Shown one piece after another: positions 18,042 to 26,236 of a stretch of DNA of 32,684 nt; the stretch's first letter is position 1, and the number at the start of each line of letters is the position of its first letter. A program made the position numbers and the translations under genes. The stretch lies in the sequence record AY135739; one strand, written 5' to 3'. A model generated the notes under the pieces. The model saw only the letters and a program-made list of their open reading frames with translations, was not told where the DNA came from and ran no database searches. Source of the DNA: Escherichia phage Wphi.

Positions 18042-20481
18042 CAATGTAAAATTACAGGTATTGCTCAGGGCTGTTGACCAGGCATCCCGCCCGTTTAAAT
18101 CCATCCGTACAGCGAGCAGGTCGCTGTCGGGTGATATCCGGGAAACACAAAAATCACTGCGCGAGCTGAACGGTCAGGCATCCCGTATTGAGGGATTCCG
18201 CAAGACCAGTGCACAGCTCGCCGTGACTGGTCATGCACTTGAAAAGGCACGGCAGGAGGCCGAAGCCCTTGCCACACAGTTTAAAAACACCGAGCGTCCG
18301 ACCCGTGCTCAGGCGAAAGTGCTGGAATCCGCAAAGCGAGCAGCGGAGGACTTACAGGCGAAATATAACCGCCTGACGGATTCCGTTAAACGCCAGCAGC
18401 GGGAACTGGCTGCTGTGGGAATTAATACCCGCAATCTTGCACATGATGAGCAGGGGCTGAAAAACCGTATCAGTGAAACCACCGCGCAGCTTAACCGGCA
18501 GCGTGACGCGCTGGCGCGTGTCAGTGCGCAACAGGCAAAACTTAACGCAGTAAAACAGCGTTATCAGGCCGGAAAGGAACTGGCCGGAACTATGGCCTCA
18601 GTGGGCGCTGCCGGTGTGGGGATTGCGGCGGCGGGAACGATGGCCGGTGTTAAGTTGCTGATGCCCGGTTATGAGTTTGCGCAGAAAAACTCAGAATTGC
18701 AGGCCGTGCTCGGCGTGGCAAAAGACTCCGCCGAAATGGCCGCACTCCGCAAGCAGGCGCGCCAGCTCGGTGACAATACTGCCGCCTCGGCGGATGATGC
18801 AGCCGGTGCACAGATTATCATTGCGAAAGCCGGTGGAGATGCTGCGGCTATTCAGGCGGCAACGCCGGTCACGCTGAATATGGCACTGGCGAATCAGCGG
18901 TCGATGGAAGAAAACGCGCAACTGTTGCTGGGGACTAAGGCATCCTTTCAACTGTCAAATGATGATGTCAGTCATGTGGGCGACGTGTTGTCGGCAACGA
19001 TGAATAAGTCGGCGGCTGATTTTCAGGGACTCAGTGATGCACTGACTTATCTCGGCCCGGTTGCGAAGACGGCAGGTGTAAGTCTTGAGCAGGCAGCAGC
19101 CATGACAGGTGTGCTGCATGACAATAACATCAGGGGGTCAATGGCGGGTACGGGTAGCAGTGCCGTTGTCACCCGATTACAGGCTCCGACAGGGAAAGCA
19201 TGGGATGCACTCAAAGAGCTTGGCGTTAAAACCTCGGACAAAAAGGGAAATATGCGCCTGTTGTTCACCATTCTGAAAGAGATTCAGGCCAGCTTTGATA
19301 AACACAAGCTGGGAACGTCTCAGAAGGGGGAATACCTTAAAACCATTTTTGGTGAGGAAGCCCTGAAATCAGCGAACGTTTTACTGGCAGCGGCAGCAAG
19401 CGGAAAACTGGATACGCTGACCGCCACGCTGAAAGCCTCGGACGGTAAAACGGAAGAGCTGGTTAAAATCATGCAGGATAACCTCGGCGGTGACTTTAAG
19501 GAGTTTCAGTCCGCTTATGAGGCGGTGGGGACTGACCTGTTTGACCAGCAGGAAGGCGCACTGCGTAAGCTCACACAGACGGCCACAAAGTATGTGTTAA
19601 AACTCGACGGCTGGATCCAGAAAAACAAATCACTGGCGTCAACCATCGGCCTCATTGTCGGTGGCGCACTGGCGCTGACTGGCGTCATCGGTGCCATTGG
19701 CCTCGTAGCCTGGCCGGTTATCACCGGCATCAATGCCATCATCGCGGCAGCAGGCGCAATGGGGGCAATCTTCACGACGGTTGGCAGTGCTGTTATGACG
19801 GCCATCGGGGCGATTAGCTGGCCGGTTGTTGCCGTGGTGGCCGCCATTGTCGCCGGGGCGTTGCTTATTCGTAAATACTGGGAGCCTGTCAGCGCATTCT
19901 TTGGCGGTGTGGTGGAAGGGCTGAAAGCGGCATTTGCGCCGGTGGGGGAACTGTTCACGCCACTTAAGCCGGTGTTTGACTGGCTGGGCGAAAAGTTACA
20001 GGCCGCGTGGCAGTGGTTTAAAAACCTGATTGCCCCGGTCAAAGCCACCCAGGACACCCTGAACCGTTGCCGTGACACGGGTGTCATGTTCGGGCAGGCA
20101 CTGGCTGACGCGTTGATGCTGCCGCTTAATGCGTTCAACAAACTGCGCAGTGGTATTGACTGGGTACTGGAAAAACTCGGTGTCATCAACAAAGAGTCAG
20201 ACACACTTGACCAGACCGCCGCAAGGACTAATGCCGCCACGTATGGCACCGGTGGTTATATTCCGGCGACCAGCTCTTATGCAGGCTATCAGGCTTATCA
20301 GCCGGTCACGGCACCGGCTGGCCGCTCTTATGTGGACCAGAGTAAAAACGAATATCACATCAGCCTGACCGGTGGTACTGCGCCGGGGACACAGCTTGAC
20401 CGCCAGTTACAGGATGCGCTCGAAAAATACGAGCGGGATAAACGTGCGCGCGCCCGTGCCAGCATGATGCATGACGGTTAA
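18034..20481 (+). CDS. T: tail tape measure protein
   Basis: 815-aa ORF, Ala/Gly-rich with hydrophobic segments; P2 gpT position and size. Confidence 0.9.
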   Translation: MSDNVKLQVLLRAVDQASRPFKSIRTASRSLSGDIRETQKSLRELNGQASRIEGFRKTSAQLAVTGHALEKARQEAEALATQFKNTERPTRAQAKVLESAKRAAEDLQAKYNRLTDSVKRQQRELAAVGINTRNLAHDEQGLKNRISETTAQLNRQRDALARVSAQQAKLNAVKQRYQAGKELAGTMASVGAAGVGIAAAGTMAGVKLLMPGYEFAQKNSELQAVLGVAKDSAEMAALRKQARQLGDNTAASADDAAGAQIIIAKAGGDAAAIQAATPVTLNMALANQRSMEENAQLLLGTKASFQLSNDDVSHVGDVLSATMNKSAADFQGLSDALTYLGPVAKTAGVSLEQAAAMTGVLHDNNIRGSMAGTGSSAVVTRLQAPTGKAWDALKELGVKTSDKKGNMRLLFTILKEIQASFDKHKLGTSQKGEYLKTIFGEEALKSANVLLAAAASGKLDTLTATLKASDGKTEELVKIMQDNLGGDFKEFQSAYEAVGTDLFDQQEGALRKLTQTATKYVLKLDGWIQKNKSLASTIGLIVGGALALTGVIGAIGLVAWPVITGINAIIAAAGAMGAIFTTVGSAVMTAIGAISWPVVAVVAAIVAGALLIRKYWEPVSAFFGGVVEGLKAAFAPVGELFTPLKPVFDWLGEKLQAAWQWFKNLIAPVKATQDTLNRCRDTGVMFGQALADALMLPLNAFNKLRSGIDWVLEKLGVINKESDTLDQTAARTNAATYGTGGYIPATSSYAGYQAYQPVTAPAGRSYVDQSKNEYHISLTGGTAPGTQLDRQLQDALEKYERDKRARARASMMHDG

Positions 20482-20495
20482 GGAGGTGACGAAAA

Positions 20496-20975
20496 ATGAT
20501 GCTCGCGTTAGGTATGTTTGTTTTTATGCGCCAGACGCTGCCACACCAGACCATGCAGCGCGAATCAGATTATCGCTGGCCGTCAAATTCCCGTATCGGT
20601 AAACGGGATGCCTTTCAGTTTCTCGGTGTGGGTGAGGAAAACATGACGCTGGCCGGCGTGCTTTATCCCGAACTGACCGGCGGGAAGCTGACGATGACCA
20701 CGCTCAGGCTGATGGCAGAGGAAGGGCGGGCGTGGCCGTTGCTGGATGGCACCGGCATGATTTACGGCATGTATGTCATCAGCAGGGTGAGTGAAACAGG
20801 GAGTATTTTCTTTGCAGACGGCACACCCCGGAAAATTGATTTTACGTTGTCGCTCACCCGCGTTGATGAATCACTGGCCGCGCTTTATGGCGATATCGGT
20901 AAACAGGCGGAATCGCTCATCGGTAAGGCTGGCAGTATGGCGACTAAATTCACGGGTATGACGGGGGCGGGATAA
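20496..20975 (+). CDS. U: tail protein U
   Basis: 159-aa ORF with AGGAGG RBS; P2 gpU position and size. Confidence 0.85.
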   Translation: MMLALGMFVFMRQTLPHQTMQRESDYRWPSNSRIGKRDAFQFLGVGEENMTLAGVLYPELTGGKLTMTTLRLMAEEGRAWPLLDGTGMIYGMYVISRVSETGSIFFADGTPRKIDFTLSLTRVDESLAALYGDIGKQAESLIGKAGSMATKFTGMTGAG

Positions 20976-22138
20976 TGCTGGACGCGCTGACATTTGATGC
21001 AGGCAGTACGCTGACGCCGGATTACATGCTGATGCTCGACAGCAGGGATATTACCGGCAATATCAGCGACCGTCTGATGAGCATGACCCTGACGGATAAC
21101 CGGGGCTTTGAGGCTGACCAGCTTGATATTGAACTGAACGATGCCGACGGGCAGGTCGGGCTGCCGGTTCGTGGCGCTGTCCTGACGGTGTATATCGGCT
21201 GGAAAGGTTTTGCCCTAGTATGCAAAGGGAAATTCACCGTTGATGAGGTTGAACACCGGGGCGCGCCGGATGTGGTCACCATCCGCGCCCGGAGTGCAGA
21301 TTTCCGCGGGACGCTCAATTCCCGCCGTGAAGGCTCCTGGCATGACACCACGCTCGGTGCGATTGTTGAGGCGATAGCCTCCCGTAACAGACTGGAAGCC
21401 AGTGTCGCTCCGTCACTGGCCGGAATTAAAATCCCGCACATCGACCAGTCGCAGGAGTCTGATGCGAAATTCCTGACCCGTCTTGCAGAACGCAACGGCG
21501 GTGAGGTCTCTGTAAAAATGGGAAAACTGTTGTTTCTCAAAGCGGGGCAGGGGGTGACGGCCAGTGGTAAAAAAATCCCGCAGATTACCATCACCCGCAG
21601 CGACGGCGACCGTCATCATTTTGCGATTGCTGACCGTGGAGCTTACACCGGCGTAACGGCAAAGTGGTTACACACAAAAGACCCGAAGCCGCAAAAGCAG
21701 AAGGTAAATCTGAAACGCAAAAAGAAAGAGAAACACCTGCGCGCACTGGAGCACCCGAAAGCGAAACCAGTCACGCAGAAGAAAGCGCCAAAAGTACCGG
21801 AAGCGCGCGAAGGTGAATACATGGCAGGTGAGGCTGACAACGTTTTTGCCCTGACCACGGTATATGCCACGAAAGCGCAGGCCATGCGCGCCGCTCAGGC
21901 GAAGTGGGATAAGCTGCAACGGGGCGTTGCGGAGTTCTCCATCAGTCTGGCTACTGGTCGGGCAGATATTTACACGGAAACGCCGGTCAAAGTATCAGGC
22001 TTTAAGCGCGTCATAGACGAGCAGGACTGGACAATCACTAAGGTGGCACATTTTCTCAATAATAGCGGCTTCACGACGTCCTTAGAGCTTGAGGTCAGGC
22101 TTTCTGATGTGGAGTACGAAACAGAAGGTGATGAGTAA
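20975..22138 (+). CDS. D: tail protein D (late gene D)
   Basis: 387-aa ORF, TAATG overlap with U; contains a lysine-rich low-complexity linker; P2 gpD position and size. Confidence 0.85.
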   Translation: MLDALTFDAGSTLTPDYMLMLDSRDITGNISDRLMSMTLTDNRGFEADQLDIELNDADGQVGLPVRGAVLTVYIGWKGFALVCKGKFTVDEVEHRGAPDVVTIRARSADFRGTLNSRREGSWHDTTLGAIVEAIASRNRLEASVAPSLAGIKIPHIDQSQESDAKFLTRLAERNGGEVSVKMGKLLFLKAGQGVTASGKKIPQITITRSDGDRHHFAIADRGAYTGVTAKWLHTKDPKPQKQKVNLKRKKKEKHLRALEHPKAKPVTQKKAPKVPEAREGEYMAGEADNVFALTTVYATKAQAMRAAQAKWDKLQRGVAEFSISLATGRADIYTETPVKVSGFKRVIDEQDWTITKVAHFLNNSGFTTSLELEVRLSDVEYETEGDE

Positions 22139-22219
22139 AGTGTTTCTTTTATCTGTTTGTTTTATAAGGGTAATTTAACTAAAATGGCACCATCAACAAA
22201 ACCGGAAGAGGTGCTCGCG

Positions 22220-22438
22220 ATGTTTCATTGTCCTTTATGCCAGCATGCCGCACATGCGCGTACAAGCCGCTATATCACTGACACGACAAAAGAGCGTTAT
22301 CATCAGTGCCAGAACGTGAATTGCAGTGCCACGTTCATCACTTATGAGTCGGTACAGCGATACATCGTGAAGCCGGGAGAAGTCCACGCCGTAAGGCCGC
22401 ACCCGTTGCCGTCAGGGCAGCAAATTATGTGGATGTGA
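22220..22438 (+). CDS. ogr: late gene transcriptional activator, Cys4 zinc-finger
   Basis: Internal ATG at 22220 gives 72 aa MFHCPLCQHAAHARTSRY...CQNVNC with a C-x2-C...C-x4-C motif; GGAAGAGG RBS; matches P2 Ogr size and position after D. Confidence 0.85.
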   Translation: MFHCPLCQHAAHARTSRYITDTTKERYHQCQNVNCSATFITYESVQRYIVKPGEVHAVRPHPLPSGQQIMWM

Positions 22439-22448
22439 TCACAAAAAT

Positions 22449-22476
22449 AGCCCCTCAGTTGAGGGGCTTTATTTAT
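22449..22476 (+). terminator. rho-independent terminator downstream of ogr
   Basis: Perfect hairpin AGCCCCTC-AGTT-GAGGGGCT followed by TTATTTAT, 10 nt after the ogr stop. Confidence 0.65.
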
Positions 22477-22481
22477 GGTCG

Positions 22482-22505
22482 ATGTGGACGCTATGTGGAC
22501 AGTGG
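22482..22505 (+). repeat. tandem ATGTGGAC repeats, putative integrase arm-type binding sites (one arm of attP)
   Basis: ATGTGGACGCTATGTGGACAGTGG read from sequence; a related tandem copy occurs at 22679-22698. Confidence 0.45.
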
Positions 22506-22565
22506 TTGATATAAATCCATTTATATCATCAGGTTAGGTGCTTTTTTGTGACACCATCCCTGTCT

Positions 22566-22593
22566 TCCCCCACATGATGTGGGGGTTTTTTTT
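22566..22593 (+). terminator. hairpin plus T8 tract, terminator-like element inside the attP region
   Basis: CCCCCA-CATGATG-TGGGGG followed by TTTTTTTT; no phage gene ends here, so it may be the phage-borne copy of a host target-gene 3' end and terminator. Confidence 0.45.
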
Positions 22594-22678
22594 ATCAATC
22601 ACTTACATCGGTTTCCGTAAGAAAACAGTAACTTAAGAAAACCTATAAGGGACTGGAAGGGCTACAAAGTTCTGAGAG

Positions 22679-22698
22679 TGTGGACACTATGTGGACAC
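22679..22698 (+). repeat. tandem TGTGGACA repeats, putative integrase arm-type binding sites (other arm of attP)
   Basis: TGTGGACACTATGTGGACAC immediately downstream of the int stop codon; same motif as 22482-22505. Confidence 0.45.
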
Positions 22699-22711
22699 TC
22701 AGAAGGGAAAT

Positions 22712-23692
22712 TTATAACGTCACTCCGCCTTTTAGAGGATTCAGCGCGACGGCATTTTGCAGGTAGTCAGGCGCAAGGTGCGCATAGGCCATCGTCTGCT
22801 GAATGCTCGCATGTCCCAGAATCTGTTGCAGTGCGATTATATTGCCCCCATTCATCATGAAATGGCTTGCGAATGTATGCCGCAGGATGTGGGTTGCCTG
22901 ATTGGGTGGTATATCTGGCTTCACTCTGCGTAAAATCCCGCAAAACTTCTCATAATCAACTTTGAATAATTTAGCGCTGGCCTCCTCTTTAACTTTTTTC
23001 TCCAGTTCCTCAGAAATCGGCACGGTTCGCTTTTTACCGTTTTTGGTTTTCAGGAAGGTAACCCTGCAATTTGTAATCTGTGCTGGTTTTAGCGTGGCAA
23101 CTTCCGTCCATCTTCCTCCAGTGCTCAGACATAAAAGTGCGACAAGTAAGTCATCACCAGCCAAAACATTTAACAGTTTTTCGATTTCTGCTTTTTCCAG
23201 GAACGTCATTTCAGGGTTGGCCTCCGCCAGTGGCGGCAGTCCGTGAATTGGGTGTTGCCCGGAAAATTCATCCAATTGAATTAATTTTGTGAACATGCCG
23301 GATAATCGGTACATGTCACGGTTTATCGTTGCGGCACTGATACCATCACGTAGTCGCATGGAACGATAATCCATCAAAGCTCTTTTGCTCATCCGGCTCA
23401 CTGGTATATCACCTATGCCGCTGATGGTTTTGAGCAGATGATTAAACTCTTTTGTTCCATGCTCGTGGTTTTGCCCGTGATATTTCCACCAGATGTCCAG
23501 CAACTCACTCAAAGTTCGGCGATCTGCTCGCTGACCTGCCCATTCTTTCTGGCTGGCGTAGGCGATTGTGTATCGCTCAAATGCTACAGCCTCAGCTTTT
23601 CTTTCAAATTTCCTGCGGATGCGTTTTCCGTCGCGACCGCGAGGTCTAATGTCCACTTCATAGCGTCCATCATCGAGCTTCTTAATTGACAT
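22712..23692 (-). CDS. int: tyrosine integrase (P2-type)
   Basis: Start placed at ATG 23690-23692 (MSIKKLDDGRYEVDIRP...) with GAGGG RBS, 326 aa; the ORF-track start at 23722 (336 aa) is the alternative; C-terminal ...HILRHTFASHFMMNGGNIIALQQILGHASIQQTMAYAHL... is the tyrosine recombinase catalytic region. Confidence 0.85.
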   Translation of the reverse strand: MSIKKLDDGRYEVDIRPRGRDGKRIRRKFERKAEAVAFERYTIAYASQKEWAGQRADRRTLSELLDIWWKYHGQNHEHGTKEFNHLLKTISGIGDIPVSRMSKRALMDYRSMRLRDGISAATINRDMYRLSGMFTKLIQLDEFSGQHPIHGLPPLAEANPEMTFLEKAEIEKLLNVLAGDDLLVALLCLSTGGRWTEVATLKPAQITNCRVTFLKTKNGKKRTVPISEELEKKVKEEASAKLFKVDYEKFCGILRRVKPDIPPNQATHILRHTFASHFMMNGGNIIALQQILGHASIQQTMAYAHLAPDYLQNAVALNPLKGGVTL

Positions 23693-23761
23693 AAGAAAGC
23701 CCTCTGACGCTGTGTTCACCATCTTGGTAACAAATGGTGAAAATGTAATGTTTATAGAGTG

Positions 23762-24055
23762 TTAACCAGTCTGTTTTTCGGAGTGGTCTGATTCTGTTGG
23801 TTTTTGCCCAATGTGTGCGAGAGCCGGCGCGATCTGACCAGCTTGTGGTGACGTATCACCAGTCATTAACCAGAGCGTATATTTTTTAAATAAAGGCGTA
23901 TTTGTGACTCGCATAACGATGCTGAGACCAGGGTCTTTATGCCCACTTTCGTAATTTTTGACTGTTCCTAGAGCTATCCCGCTAATTTCGCTGAATTTCG
24001 CCTGTGTTAAGCCTTCTGCTTTCCTAATCGCTTTCAGTTTTTCGAATGTCTGCAT
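23762..24055 (-). CDS. C: immunity repressor C
   Basis: 97-aa ORF transcribed leftward just upstream of int; N-terminal helix-turn-helix-like segment; position and size as P2 C. Confidence 0.75.
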   Translation of the reverse strand: MQTFEKLKAIRKAEGLTQAKFSEISGIALGTVKNYESGHKDPGLSIVMRVTNTPLFKKYTLWLMTGDTSPQAGQIAPALAHIGQKPTESDHSEKQTG

Positions 24056-24207
24056 TTGACAGTAACCTATTGGTGACTTATATTCCCGTCAAAAGGTTGT
24101 GTATTGGTGACCTTTTGAGTGTGTTAGCCAGTCCCTAGAAAGGACAGGGGCGACCTAGAAGGGACTGGATCTAATAAGGGTAACACGAAAGCAAAAAGGG
24201 CTAATCA
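24056..24207. promoter_or_regulatory. C/cox developmental switch region (divergent Pc/Pe promoters and operators)
   Basis: 152-bp gap between divergent C and cox containing a 10-bp direct repeat TATTGGTGAC (24068-24077 and 24103-24112) and an 8-bp inverted repeat CCAGTCCC...GGGACTGG flanking two CTAGAA copies (about 24122-24162). Confidence 0.45.
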
Positions 24208-24480
24208 ATGGAAGTCAATGACTATGTGATTCAGTACCCGATTGATGCGGTACATACGGTTAAGTTTGCAGAGTTACTTGGTAAGCCAGAAACGGCTGTA
24301 GTCAAGATGGTAAAAGAGAATAAATTGCCAGTTATTGAGCTTCGTGATCCAAGTAAGCCGAACGCTCGTGTCGGTGAGAAGTGGGTTTTCATTCCAGAGT
24401 TTAATCGCGCTGTACGAGAGGCGTTTTATAACCGACCAGTTGAACAGCGTGATGCATGGCTTTTGTGGATGGGGTTGTGA
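24208..24480 (+). CDS. cox: Cox excisionase/repressor of Pc
   Basis: 90-aa ORF, first rightward early gene opposite C, as P2 cox. Confidence 0.7.
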   Translation: MEVNDYVIQYPIDAVHTVKFAELLGKPETAVVKMVKENKLPVIELRDPSKPNARVGEKWVFIPEFNRAVREAFYNRPVEQRDAWLLWMGL

Positions 24481-24482
24481 TT

Positions 24483-24653
24483 ATGAGTGAACCGCGTTGT
24501 ATTGCTCAGTTACTGCGTAACGAAAGCCCCAGGGCGATTGACTTCACCATCACCCACGGTAAGGGGCGTAAGGGAATCATTATCCGCACCAAAAAACAGA
24601 GTCCGGTAAAAAAGGCTCTGACCTTTCTGAAAAGCCGGAGGGTCTGGAAATGA
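24483..24653 (+). CDS. hypothetical early protein (P2 orf78 position)
   Basis: ATG at 24483 right after the cox stop (MSEPRCIAQLL...), 56 aa, basic; stop overlaps the B start (ATGA). Confidence 0.45.
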   Translation: MSEPRCIAQLLRNESPRAIDFTITHGKGRKGIIIRTKKQSPVKKALTFLKSRRVWK

Positions 24654-25150
24654 CAGTGATGACGCTCAATCTCGTTGAAAAACAGCCAGCAGCTATGCGC
24701 CGGATAATTGGTAAGCATCTGGCCGTCCCTCGCTGGCAGGAGACATGCGATTATTATAATCAGATGATGGAACGCGAACGGCTAACGGTTTGCTTTCATG
24801 CGCAGTTAAAACAACGTCACGCAACGATGCGTTTTGAAGAAATGAACGACGTCGAACGTGAACGGCTGGTTTGTGCAATTGATGAATTGCGTGGGGCATT
24901 CTCAAAACGCCGTCAGGTTGGCGCAAGTGAGTATGCATATATTAGTTTTTTAACAGTCAGTCAGCGCCGTACTTTATTTATGCACGCACGACTGACAGAA
25001 AAAGAATTTAACCAGCCATACTGGCGAATTAATGAAGAGTCATGTTACTGGCGTGATGCTTTATTCCGTGCATTACGTGAATTATTCAGTCTGTTTGAGT
25101 ATGCACCGACAATTCTGACGTCGGTAAAACCAGAGCAATATCTGCATTAA
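24650..25150 (+). CDS. B: replication protein B (helicase-loader-like)
   Basis: 166-aa ORF in P2 gene B position and size in the early operon. Confidence 0.8.
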   Translation: MTVMTLNLVEKQPAAMRRIIGKHLAVPRWQETCDYYNQMMERERLTVCFHAQLKQRHATMRFEEMNDVERERLVCAIDELRGAFSKRRQVGASEYAYISFLTVSQRRTLFMHARLTEKEFNQPYWRINEESCYWRDALFRALRELFSLFEYAPTILTSVKPEQYLH

Positions 25151-25213
25151 GTAATTAACCAGAGTTTTTAACGCACTTAATCGTGCGGGGCTTCTTTTTG
25201 CCTGGAGAAAGTC

Positions 25214-25438
25214 ATGCATACAGTTTCTGAAAATCAGTGCGGTAAATTCGCATTACTGCTGCAACAGGCCAGAACCGAAGCACAGGCCGACGCTGCGACG
25301 CGCTTTTCTTCTCATCTTGACGCCATGATTCGCCACATCACAAAGGCGGAGTTATCCCGCGTGGAGATAGTCGAGCTGCTCAGTCAGGAGTCGGAAAAAT
25401 TTCACAACATCGGATTGTCTCGCGGGGAGGTGCTTTGA
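25214..25438 (+). CDS. hypothetical early protein (P2 orf80 position)
   Basis: 74-aa ORF with GGAGAAAGTC-ATG RBS. Confidence 0.5.
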   Translation: MHTVSENQCGKFALLLQQARTEAQADAATRFSSHLDAMIRHITKAELSRVEIVELLSQESEKFHNIGLSRGEVL

Positions 25439-25740
25439 TGTCCTGTTCTCATTCAGTTGTATTACTGAACAATGCCTTAAAAATCGCCGTTATGAAAAAT
25501 GGCGATTTGTCTCTTATTCAACTTGGTCTTGATAAAGAAAAACGCGAAATAACTGAATCTGTTATCGCGATTTATCAGAGTGAATTAAACCTCCTGTCTG
25601 ATGTGGTCAATTTACTTGTTAAACGCGCTGTATTTCACAAGCAAATTTCCTCCGTGGATGAACTGACGAAATTAACGACAGAAATCGCCAGCTATTGCGC
25701 TGATGAATTTAAAAAACTGAACGACAAAAGGAACTGGTAA
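25438..25740 (+). CDS. hypothetical early protein (P2 orf81 position)
   Basis: ORF-track start 25435 is TTG; the ATG at 25438 overlaps the upstream stop (TGATG), giving 100 aa. Confidence 0.5.
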   Translation: MSCSHSVVLLNNALKIAVMKNGDLSLIQLGLDKEKREITESVIAIYQSELNLLSDVVNLLVKRAVFHKQISSVDELTKLTTEIASYCADEFKKLNDKRNW

Positions 25741-25964
25741 TGCCGGACAACGTAGATTTCATTCAGGAACAACAGGCTGAATTACTGGAGCGCCAGATTA
25801 ACGCGGCAAGGGTAAAACATTGTGGTGCTTCTGCGCTGGTTTGCGAAGAGTGTGACGCGCCAATACCTGCTGCCCGTCGTGCAGCTTATCCGTCAGCCAC
25901 GCGTTGTGTTTCCTGCCAGTCAGTCTTTGAAGCAAAAAACAAGCATTACCGGAGAATGGCATGA
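25740..25964 (+). CDS. TraR/DksA-family C4 zinc-finger protein (P2 orf82 position)
   Basis: 74 aa with CGASALVCEEC...CVSC (C-x7-C-x2-C...C-x2-C) near the C-terminus, the TraR/DksA-type finger arrangement. Confidence 0.6.
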   Translation: MPDNVDFIQEQQAELLERQINAARVKHCGASALVCEECDAPIPAARRAAYPSATRCVSCQSVFEAKNKHYRRMA

Positions 25965-26236
25965 GTATTCGTATCGAAATTGGCGAACGTTATGTCGTTA
26001 CCAGTGACAGCTTTCAGTTTATTCTCCACGAGAAAAAGAGAGCGGAAAGCGGTAAAAACGCCGGTCAGGAATGGCTGGCGGTGGTTGGTTATTACCCGAA
26101 ATTAAGCCAGCTCGTTTCCGGCCTGATGCATCACGATATTCTGACCGGAAGCGCAAAGTCTTTTGCTGATTTAAACGCGCAGGTTGAGCAACTCAGCAAG
26201 CGTTGTTCAGAGGCTTTTGGCTCATATGGCCGTTAA
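25961..26236 (+). CDS. hypothetical early protein (P2 orf83 position)
   Basis: 91-aa ORF, ATGA overlap with the preceding gene; 3' end overlaps the A start. Confidence 0.45.
   Translation: MSIRIEIGERYVVTSDSFQFILHEKKRAESGKNAGQEWLAVVGYYPKLSQLVSGLMHHDILTGSAKSFADLNAQVEQLSKRCSEAFGSYGR

Noticed and set aside
19515-20249. 244-aa antisense ORF inside the tape-measure gene T
   Set aside because: Ala/Ser/Pro-rich low-complexity product typical of the reverse frame of an Ala/Gly-rich gene; no start signals.
21022-21919. ORFs opposite D (21022..21594 -, 21643..21885 -, 21668..21919 -)
   Set aside because: Generated by the lysine-rich low-complexity linker of D read in other frames; no support as genes.
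22482-22698. CRISPR array or IS-element terminal repeats as an explanation for the TGTGGAC repeat clusters
   Set aside because: Only two short tandem pairs, with no regular repeat-spacer periodicity and no transposase; their position on both sides of a core next to int fits integrase arm sites better.
22712-24055. Interpretation of int and C as the edge of an integrated prophage (attL side)
   Set aside because: ogr, the hairpins and both Int-site clusters lie immediately upstream with no host genes between, and the window begins with a cos end; this is the uninterrupted phage attP configuration.
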